64,000 bases of DNA, from positions 8,079 to 72,078 of the forward strand of contig JBBTRA010000005.1 in assembly GCA_038065415.1 (NCBI GenBank), in the 5' to 3' direction. The notes beneath the pieces are model-generated. The model searched no databases. It had not been told where the DNA came from and saw only the letters and a list, made by a program, of their open reading frames with translations. The stretch's first letter is position 1. Every line of letters begins with the position of its first letter. This DNA comes from Patescibacteria group bacterium. GTDB lineage: Bacteria; Patescibacteriota; Minisyncoccia; Phycocordibacterales; PALSA-1337. Below are positions 57,007 through 64,000 of the stretch, one piece after another. The position numbers and the translations under genes are program-made.

Positions 57007-57765
57007 ATGAAATCGAATACTTTCTATATCATATACATCCTCTGGCTTCGTCAGATTAAACGCTATTTTAGGTCGAAGTCGCGCATTATTGGCTCTCTCG
57101 GTCAGCCCATCCTTTTCTTGGTCGCCCTCGGCTTCGGTCTTGGTCCGGTGTATGCCAAAGCTGGCGGAGGAGACTATATACAATTCCTCGCACCGGGCGT
57201 CATCGCCATGGGCATATTATTCACTTCCATATTTTCTGGTATCGAGATCATCTGGGACCGTCAGTTTGGCTTCCTCAAAGAAACACTTGTGGCTCCGGTC
57301 TCGCGACTCTCAATCATGTTAGGTAGAACGCTCGGTGGCGCGACCGTCGCGTGTCTCCAAGGTCTTGCGGTCTTGGCCATATCGTTCATTGCCGGTTTTC
57401 GCCCCGAACTGGCAATGCTTCCACTGGCCGTCGCTTTCATGATCGGTATCGCACTCGTTTTCACAGCGCTTGGTACGGCTATTGCCTCGGTCCTCGAAGA
57501 TATGCAAGGCTTCCAGCTCATCATGAATTTCGTGGTCATGCCGATTTTCTTCCTGTCAGGAGCACTCTTTCCCCTGGAGAGTTTGCCGGCAGCTATCAAA
57601 TTCCTCGTCAACATCAATCCGCTCAGCTATGGCGTCGACGGCCTCCGCTATGCACTTCTCGGTGCGTCTCACTTTAATTTGGGTACAGACATCGCTGTCT
57701 TATCCGGGTTCATCGTCGCTTTTGTTGGGGTAGGTGCATGGCTGTTCTCAAGGATCAAGGCGTAA
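57007..57765 (+). CDS. ABC-2 exporter permease
   Basis: About six TM helices; WDRQFGFLKETLVAPV, FFLSGALFP, NPLSYGVDGLR. Confidence 0.92.
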   Translation: MKSNTFYIIYILWLRQIKRYFRSKSRIIGSLGQPILFLVALGFGLGPVYAKAGGGDYIQFLAPGVIAMGILFTSIFSGIEIIWDRQFGFLKETLVAPVSRLSIMLGRTLGGATVACLQGLAVLAISFIAGFRPELAMLPLAVAFMIGIALVFTALGTAIASVLEDMQGFQLIMNFVVMPIFFLSGALFPLESLPAAIKFLVNINPLSYGVDGLRYALLGASHFNLGTDIAVLSGFIVAFVGVGAWLFSRIKA

Positions 57766-57826
57766 TCGAGGCGGTTAGCGTGCCGCATTGAAAGCAGATT
57801 TTTTTAGTGGTAGCATGACTTCTAGT

Positions 57827-58258
57827 ATGAGATGCGCATATTGTGAACTACCAGAAATAAAAGCTCGCGAAATCACCGGTAATGATCTGGCGTGGGTTTT
57901 TCCGACCAATATCCCGATTGTTCCCGGTCATATCCTGATTGCGCCCCGTCGGTGTGTGGCGAAGTACGAAGATCTGACGAGAGATGAAAAAGACGCGATT
58001 GAGTCATTGAGGGTATCTCTGGTGAAAGCACTCACGAAGCTCTTTGGTGCCGAAGGATTCAACTTTGCCTGGAATGATGGCAAACTCGCCGGACAATCGG
58101 TACCGCACTTCCATCTGCACGTACTTCCACGGAAGATGGGAGATGCGGGGATCTGGCAGTATGAACCGCGCCAATTTCTCTATCGCCCCGGAGAGCGAGA
58201 AGCTACCCCTGAAGCAGAACTTCTTGGGGTTGCCGAAAGTATTCGTGCTGCATTGTAA
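57827..58258 (+). CDS. HIT family hydrolase
   Basis: CxxC, PGH.L, AGQSVPHFHLHVLPR. Confidence 0.92.
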   Translation: MRCAYCELPEIKAREITGNDLAWVFPTNIPIVPGHILIAPRRCVAKYEDLTRDEKDAIESLRVSLVKALTKLFGAEGFNFAWNDGKLAGQSVPHFHLHVLPRKMGDAGIWQYEPRQFLYRPGEREATPEAELLGVAESIRAAL

Positions 58259-58304
58259 CATCTGAGCCGCTCTCTGAGCGGATTTTTAATGGTAAAATTG
58301 TTCT

Positions 58305-58814
58305 ATGAAAAAAGTTACCGTCAATGATCGAATGCAGAAAGGATATGTCTACGAACTGACTGAGCCAGTCGGTCAGAACTTCCATCCTGACTTCAAGCCG
58401 CACCTTACGCCACAGGAGATGCTGGAGGTAGGTGTCTTCGGGGGGATATATATGCGTGACTGTCGGGATGAATTTCCAGTGGAATGGTTCGAGAAGGCGA
58501 AATTAGCCCCAGGGGGTAGTATGAAGCATGATCCGAAGATTAATTTCTTCGGCGTGAATGCGAGTCAGTCTCTCTCGGTCTGGAAAGCGAAAGGATGGAT
58601 ACATCCTGACGATCCGCGAGGGTGGTTTCAGTGGTATTGCAGGTATCATATGGGCCGCCGGCATGTTGATGACAAGAGGCAAATCAAGCGTTGGAAGAAT
58701 ATGGTCCGTCATGTCGCACAGATCGTCAACAAGTGCCGGCCTCGGGATTATTCCTGCAATACGCGACAGCGTCAGGCACTTCTCCACTGGGCATACGACA
58801 GTCGCAAGCTCTGA
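58305..58814 (+). CDS. Conserved hypothetical protein
   Basis: TP.EML..GVFGG.Y, DPRGWFQWYCRY..GRR..DD.RQI.RW, RQALLHWAYD. Confidence 0.8.
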   Translation: MKKVTVNDRMQKGYVYELTEPVGQNFHPDFKPHLTPQEMLEVGVFGGIYMRDCRDEFPVEWFEKAKLAPGGSMKHDPKINFFGVNASQSLSVWKAKGWIHPDDPRGWFQWYCRYHMGRRHVDDKRQIKRWKNMVRHVAQIVNKCRPRDYSCNTRQRQALLHWAYDSRKL

Positions 58815-58843
58815 TATGGTATAATCCAACCATTGAAAAATAT

Positions 58844-59197
58844 ATGACTCCCGACCAATACGAACTCATCCTCATATTCATCTCCGTCATCGTCGGTGTC
58901 ATCACTGCCGCCTACTTCTATATATCAGCGGAATCATTCCCGCGCTTGCGCCTTTTCCAGAGCTCGCTCAAATATATTGCTCTCGGCATGTTCGTCATTG
59001 CGAGTGGCGTTCTTCTGGCAGCATTCATCTCATATGAAGCTAAGCAAGGGTTTGATCTCTTCTTGTACGGGATTCCGTTGCAAGCATTCTTCTATGTTCT
59101 CTATATTTTCGGTTCCATCTCTATTCTCATCGGTGCGCGCAAATTCACTGCACGACCCAAGGAGTCGGTTGTCGACGTATCTCTGCAGGCGCACTAA
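58844..59197 (+). CDS. Hypothetical 3-TM membrane protein
   Basis: Three hydrophobic segments; TATAAT at 58820-58825. Confidence 0.65.
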   Translation: MTPDQYELILIFISVIVGVITAAYFYISAESFPRLRLFQSSLKYIALGMFVIASGVLLAAFISYEAKQGFDLFLYGIPLQAFFYVLYIFGSISILIGARKFTARPKESVVDVSLQAH

Positions 59198-59201
59198 GGT
59201 A

Positions 59202-59885
59202 TTACCACGGATACTTTTCTCCTTTGAACCAGAATTGTCCTGTTTCAGGATTTGAGACGGCGAGCTCATAGATGTGTCCGGCAGCTTCTTCGGGTGTCAT
59301 TGGCGCCTCATCGCCGCCCATATCCGTCTTGACCCAGCCCGGATGAACTGATGAGACGGTGAGGTTCTTGGCATCATTCGCCATGCGCGTGGCAAGGGTT
59401 CTCGTGTACATATTGATAGCTGCCTTTGATATCTTGTATGCGGGATAGTGGTAGGGGTAATGCGAAGTGCGGAGGTCTGCAGCACCTTCGAGAGAACCTG
59501 CAGATGAGGATATCTGCAGAATGTGCCCACCTGTATTCATGAGTGGGATGATGCGTTCCGTGAAATCAGTGGTCCCGATGAGGTTCACATCCAGTGTTTG
59601 TCTTAGTTTCTCGACAATAACGCTGGTGTCGTCGTTGTCTATCAGGATGCCTGCATTGTTGATGAGGATATCGAGCTTTGTTCCTGTCGCGGCTATTGAC
59701 CGTACGCATGATTCTATCGAATCTGTTTTGGAGAGATCCAGTGGATATGATGTTAGTTGATCATGAGTGTAGTCGAGCACCTCTCTGAGATATGTACCAA
59801 TAACCGCATGCCCTTCGGTCAGGAATTTTTGAGCTAAGGCCTTGCCGATACCGCGCCCGCTGCCGGTGATGAGGATTGTTTTCAT
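59202..59885 (-). CDS. Short-chain dehydrogenase/reductase
   Basis: TGSGRGIG, NNAG, YKISK (YxxxK), HPGWVKTDM. Confidence 0.93.
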   Translation of the reverse strand: MKTILITGSGRGIGKALAQKFLTEGHAVIGTYLREVLDYTHDQLTSYPLDLSKTDSIESCVRSIAATGTKLDILINNAGILIDNDDTSVIVEKLRQTLDVNLIGTTDFTERIIPLMNTGGHILQISSSAGSLEGAADLRTSHYPYHYPAYKISKAAINMYTRTLATRMANDAKNLTVSSVHPGWVKTDMGGDEAPMTPEEAAGHIYELAVSNPETGQFWFKGEKYPW

Positions 59886-59928
59886 GCTTGAATTATAGGG
59901 GATTGTCAGTATAATAGAAAGACAATCT

Positions 59929-60055
59929 CATATATCCAGAGTGCAGGGAGGGAACTAGCCCCATGATCTGCCAGCAACCCTTTCATATCGGCCCGTTCAC
60001 GGAATCTGATGTGGAAGAAGGTGCTCCATCTAGCCCTTGCGGGAAAGATAATATA
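59929..60055 (+). promoter_or_regulatory. SAM-I (S-box) riboswitch
   Basis: ATCCAGAG...GAGGGA.CTAGCCC.ATGA...CAGCAACC...AAGGTGCT...CTAGC...GAAAGAT; TATAAT at 59910-59915; upstream of a Cys/Met enzyme. Confidence 0.85.
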
Positions 60056-60103
60056 CTCAATTATCAACCTCTTTCTCCTCGGGAAAGAGGTTGTGCTTAT
60101 ATT

Positions 60104-61225
60104 ATGAAAGGAAATGAACCAGTCGCGCCTATACTCGTGCGCAGTAAGACATACCGTTGGCCGGGTATTGATGCGGATCCACCCTACAAGTATTCACGAG
60201 GCGCGAATCCGACGAGGACTATTCTCGAAGAAGCGCTTATTAAAAATGAGGGTTTCTCAGGAAAGCTTCATGCTGCAACATTCGCTTCGGGAATAGCTGC
60301 TGAATCAGCATTCTTCCTATCGCTTTCACCGGGTGATAGGGTGTTGCTGTGTGATGAGATATATGGTGGCACATATCGTTTGTTCGATAAGGTACTCAAG
60401 CGGTTCGGTATCGAATGTGATTTTGCGGATTTCAATGATGTCGATCAGGTGCGCGCGAAAATCACGCCGAAGACCAAATACTTTTTTGTGGAGCCAATGA
60501 GTAATCCATCCCTTGTAGTTACTGATATGCAGAAAGTCTCGTATCTGTCACAGGAGACAGGTATTCCATTCGTAGTTGACGGCACATTCTGCCCAGCTCC
60601 TACATTCAATGCTTTTGAATACGGTGCCGAAGCGGTCATCTATAGTCTGAGCAAATATTTTTCAGGTCACAACGATGCGCTTGGCGGAGCAGTGTTAACG
60701 AAGAATGAAGTATTGCAGACGCATCTCAGGTTGATGCAGACAACACTCGGTGCAGTTCTTTCGCCCGACGAATGTTACCGAATCATCCAAGGGATGAAGT
60801 CACTACCGATCAGGTGGAGACATACCTCTGAAAGCGCACTTCAAGTCGCAGGATGGCTCAATGTGCACCCGAGCATAAAAAAAGTTTCATACCCAGATTT
60901 ACCTTCACATCCTCACCATGAGATTGCTCGTGCGCAGTTCCCGCGAGGTTGTGGAGCGGTGATCGCTTTTGAGCTAGTGGAAACTGAGAAATCAAAAATC
61001 TCAGCTTTTGTTGACAGGATTATTTCGACGGGATGTGTGGTATTCGGTGAAAGCCTTGCAAGTCCGGAGACGATATTGGCGTATCCGCGTATCATGAGCC
61101 ATAGGAGTCTTTCTGATGAACAACGCGCGGCGCTTGGTATCAGCGATGGGTCGTTCAGGTTGTCGGTTGGATTTGATGAATCAGAAAAAGTGATCGGGAG
61201 TTTCAAACAAGCTTTGGAAACCTGA
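60104..61225 (+). CDS. Cys/Met metabolism PLP-dependent enzyme (cystathionine gamma-synthase/lyase family)
   Basis: YSRGANPT, FASGIAA, YGGTYRL, SNP, VDGTF, SLSKYFSGHND (PLP lysine), RLSVG; ATG 60104. Confidence 0.92.
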   Translation: MKGNEPVAPILVRSKTYRWPGIDADPPYKYSRGANPTRTILEEALIKNEGFSGKLHAATFASGIAAESAFFLSLSPGDRVLLCDEIYGGTYRLFDKVLKRFGIECDFADFNDVDQVRAKITPKTKYFFVEPMSNPSLVVTDMQKVSYLSQETGIPFVVDGTFCPAPTFNAFEYGAEAVIYSLSKYFSGHNDALGGAVLTKNEVLQTHLRLMQTTLGAVLSPDECYRIIQGMKSLPIRWRHTSESALQVAGWLNVHPSIKKVSYPDLPSHPHHEIARAQFPRGCGAVIAFELVETEKSKISAFVDRIISTGCVVFGESLASPETILAYPRIMSHRSLSDEQRAALGISDGSFRLSVGFDESEKVIGSFKQALET

Positions 61226-61237
61226 TATACTATAGGC

Positions 61238-61744
61238 ATGTCGCAGACTCGTCTCGCCAAAGCATCGTATCTCCGTAGCTTCATCTTCGGGGTTGAAGAT
61301 AGCCTCGTCTCTACTGTTGGCCTCCTATCGGGTATTGCCATGGCTGGCGTCGCGCGTGGAACAATATTGACGACGGGTATTATCCTCATACTCGTCGAAG
61401 CGTTCTCAATGGCTGCAGGAAGTTTCCTCTCCGAAACATCGGTAGAGGAGTATCAGGGTATTTCACCCAACAGGGTGCCACTCATTGATGGGAGTATCAT
61501 GTTCATGTCATATGTTCTAGCAGGACTTGTCCCTCTTGTTCCGTATATGTATTTTGAGACTGACATAGCGTTTGAGATATCTATCGGACTCGCGCTTCTT
61601 GCGCTGTTGGTGCTCGGGATGTTCGGGGGTATGTATTCCAATTCTGCGAAGAAAAATGTTTTCCGACGAGGCATGAGGATGCTTCTCATTGGTGGAGTCG
61701 CTATCGTGGTCGGTGTTGTTGCAGGGAAGATTACAGGATTCTAA
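61238..61744 (+). CDS. VIT1/CCC1 family transporter
   Basis: FG.ED.LVST.GLL.G, SMAAGSFLS, GLVPLVPY. Confidence 0.88.
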   Translation: MSQTRLAKASYLRSFIFGVEDSLVSTVGLLSGIAMAGVARGTILTTGIILILVEAFSMAAGSFLSETSVEEYQGISPNRVPLIDGSIMFMSYVLAGLVPLVPYMYFETDIAFEISIGLALLALLVLGMFGGMYSNSAKKNVFRRGMRMLLIGGVAIVVGVVAGKITGF

Positions 61745-61746
61745 TA

Positions 61747-62985
61747 CTACTCGTATCGGAGTGCCTCGATAGGATTGAGCTTTGATGCTCGCCGAGCAGG
61801 GTAATAGCCAAATACGATACCGATGAGTGCGGATACCCCGAAGGCAAGGGCAATCGATGTCGGGGATATTTGTGTCTGGAGGATACCGAGCGTGGTCACT
61901 ATGTACGCAGCAGACCAGCCGAGGATCACGCCGATAGTTCCACCGATCAATGTCAGCGCGACTGCCTCTACGAGGAATTGTGTATTGATGTCATGACGTT
62001 TTGCGCCGATAGCTTTGCGTAGACCGATTTCCTTGGTTCTTTCGGTCACAGTAGTGAGCATCATGTTCATGATACCGATACCTCCGACCAGGAGGGATAT
62101 CCCTGCAACTGCTGCAAGGAGTACGGTGAATGTACTCGTGACGCTTGAAGCTGCGGAGACGATATCGGCCTGGTTCAGCACATTGAAATCAGCATCTGCA
62201 GGGGTGTCGATGCGATGTCGTGCCAAGAGCAGTGCAGTGATATCGGTCTGCACCTGGGTCATGGCATCAGCCTCGCTTGCAGATATACTGAGGGATGTCA
62301 CATAGCTCGAATCTCCGATGAGGAACAGTTGTGCTGTTGAGAGAGGTATATAAATAGTATCGTCTTGGTTACCGAATCCTCCGCTACCTTTTGATGCGGC
62401 AAGACCAATAACTTTGAACTCCATGCCGTTGATGCGGATACTCTGACCGACGACTTGTGAGTCTCCGTCAACTTGTGAACCGAAAAGATCATCTCGTACG
62501 GTTGGACCGATAACAGCAACCTTTGACTTGCTGGCGACATCTTGATCTGAGATGAATGACCCTTCTTCTATAGATACATTATGCACGGTTGTATAGTCGG
62601 GTCGCGAACCAATAACAGATGTATTGGTGTTGGTGCCTTTGGCTGTGACTTGGTAGCGACCACTTACTTCAGGAGATATAGCACTTATATTCGCAACTTC
62701 AGTCTCGATCGCCTCAACATCCTTCATAGTGAGAGTCTTCGCAGCTCCTCGACCCGTTGATGCTCCGTAGCCAAAACTTCGAGTTGCACCAGGAGATACA
62801 ATGATGAGATTTGATCCGATAGACTGGATACTTGTCTGGATAGCGCTCTGAGCACCTTGGCCGATGGCTACCATGGTGATCACCGAACTGATACCGATGA
62901 TGATGCCCAGCATGGTGAGTGCCGTACGAACTTTATTCGCGGTCAGCGCAGAGAATGTTTCATGAAGGATGTCATTGGTTGTCAT
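61747..62985 (-). CDS. MacB-type ABC permease
   Basis: NK.RT.LTMLGIIIG, ISLLVGGIGIMN.ML..VTERT.EIG.RKA.GA, PA.RA.KLNPIEALRYE. Confidence 0.95.
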   Translation of the reverse strand: MTTNDILHETFSALTANKVRTALTMLGIIIGISSVITMVAIGQGAQSAIQTSIQSIGSNLIIVSPGATRSFGYGASTGRGAAKTLTMKDVEAIETEVANISAISPEVSGRYQVTAKGTNTNTSVIGSRPDYTTVHNVSIEEGSFISDQDVASKSKVAVIGPTVRDDLFGSQVDGDSQVVGQSIRINGMEFKVIGLAASKGSGGFGNQDDTIYIPLSTAQLFLIGDSSYVTSLSISASEADAMTQVQTDITALLLARHRIDTPADADFNVLNQADIVSAASSVTSTFTVLLAAVAGISLLVGGIGIMNMMLTTVTERTKEIGLRKAIGAKRHDINTQFLVEAVALTLIGGTIGVILGWSAAYIVTTLGILQTQISPTSIALAFGVSALIGIVFGYYPARRASKLNPIEALRYE

Positions 62986-62986
62986 A

Positions 62987-63691
62987 TCAGTTTTTGATGA
63001 TGCGCTTGGCGTGCTTCTTGCTGTCTTCTACTATCTCACCATCTTTTATGTGTATGATGCGATCAGCATGTTCAGCTACGTCTTTTTCATGAGTGATGAG
63101 TACGATGGTCCGGCCGAGTTCCTTGTTGAGTCTCTGGAATGTTCCGAGTACTATATTTCCTGTTTGCGAATCGAGGTTTCCAGTCGGTTCGTCGGCGAGG
63201 ATGAGAGTCGGATCGTTCACGAGTGCTCGTGCAATGGCGACGCGTTGTATCTGACCGCCGGAAAGTTGATTGGATTTGTGGTTGAATCGATCCTCGGTCA
63301 GTCCGGCGCTGGCGAGCGCCCGGTATGCGCGTGCTTCACGTTCATGTGGAGCTACTCCTGCATATATAAGAGGCAGAGTGACATTGCGGAGCACGGTGGC
63401 GCGGGGCAGGAGATTGAATGCTTGGAAGACGAAGCCGATACGATCTCGTCTGATCTCGGCAAGCTCATCATCTGAGAGTTTGGAGACGTCATGACCGTCG
63501 AGTTTATAGTGTCCCGAAGTTGGAGTATCGAGGGCGCCAAGGATGTGCATGAGTGTTGATTTGCCCGATCCGGAAGGTCCCATGATAGCTACAAACTCTC
63601 CATCCTCTATGGTGAAAGATACCCCGCGCAGTGCGTGCGTGGCGTTGTCTCCGCTCATATAGGTTTTTGTTATATTCTTTACTTCGATCAT
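62987..63691 (-). CDS. MacB/LolD-type ABC ATP-binding subunit
   Basis: GPSGSGKST, LSGGQ, ADEPTGNLD. Confidence 0.95.
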   Translation of the reverse strand: MIEVKNITKTYMSGDNATHALRGVSFTIEDGEFVAIMGPSGSGKSTLMHILGALDTPTSGHYKLDGHDVSKLSDDELAEIRRDRIGFVFQAFNLLPRATVLRNVTLPLIYAGVAPHEREARAYRALASAGLTEDRFNHKSNQLSGGQIQRVAIARALVNDPTLILADEPTGNLDSQTGNIVLGTFQRLNKELGRTIVLITHEKDVAEHADRIIHIKDGEIVEDSKKHAKRIIKN

Positions 63692-63708
63692 GGGGATGGC
63701 GTATGAAG

Positions 63709-63999
63709 CTAACGGGTGATCATGCGTGTATTTCCGCCCGCTGCGCCTCCGCGATTTCCACCGATGCTGCTCAGGATATTCGGTGTCGTTGCGGTGCTTG
63801 CACTGCCTGCCGCAATAGTGCGGGTTACGACTAGTTGTCCAATTTCGAGTCCACTCAAAATCTCTATGCCTGTATCGTCACTTTCGCCTATGGTCACTGT
63901 GACTTGGGTTGGCGGCGTCGCTGAGGTTATAGTCATCGACCGTCCTGTCATGGGAGTTCCATCAAATTGTCGGGTGCTACTCGAGATGGTTCCTGGTAG
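63709..63999 (-). CDS. MacA-like adaptor subunit, C-terminal fragment (runs off the window)
   Basis: VTIG..D...EILSGL..G..VV; frame open to the window edge; upstream of the MacB genes. Confidence 0.8.
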   Translation of the reverse strand, partial: LPGTISSSTRQFDGTPMTGRSMTITSATPPTQVTVTIGESDDTGIEILSGLEIGQLVVTRTIAAGSASTATTPNILSSIGGNRGGAAGGNTRMITR

Positions 64000-64000
64000 C

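Overview
Bacterial chromosomal window (genetic code 11; TGA is used as a stop). Gene content (cohesin/dockerin surface proteins, a CxxC-x17-CxxC protein, few biosynthetic genes, many orphans) suggests a Patescibacteria/CPR (Parcubacteria-like) genome; this is inference, as no marker gene is present. Layout: (1) 1-12 kb cell-surface locus: large Ser/Thr-rich protein, GT2-like glycosyltransferase, methyltransferase, two paralogous WxL/pilin-like proteins, a DUF916-like membrane protein, a dockerin protein and two cohesin proteins; (2) pyrG, EamA, tRNA-Gln(CTG) followed by a ~4 kb AT-rich island ending in a Schlafen/AlbA_2 gene; (3) salvage, metal and redox genes (pnuC-nadR, trhO-like, Fur/Zur-ZIP, ndh); (4) 29.7-54.5 kb where conserved genes alternate with single-gene orphan cassettes, each with its own TTGACA promoter and terminator; (5) oxidoreductase, ABC-2 exporter, SAM-I riboswitch with a Cys/Met PLP enzyme, VIT1 and MacAB. 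Non-coding highlights: at least 16 genes with a -10 box 6-7 nt before the ATG (leaderless signature), a ~155-nt multi-stem RNA candidate at 32299-32453, a perfect 37-bp inverted repeat at 51842-51951, and twin 21-bp operator-like palindromes upstream of the Fur-family gene. No CRISPR array, integrase, transposase or rRNA was seen. All family calls are from motif recognition by eye, not database searches.
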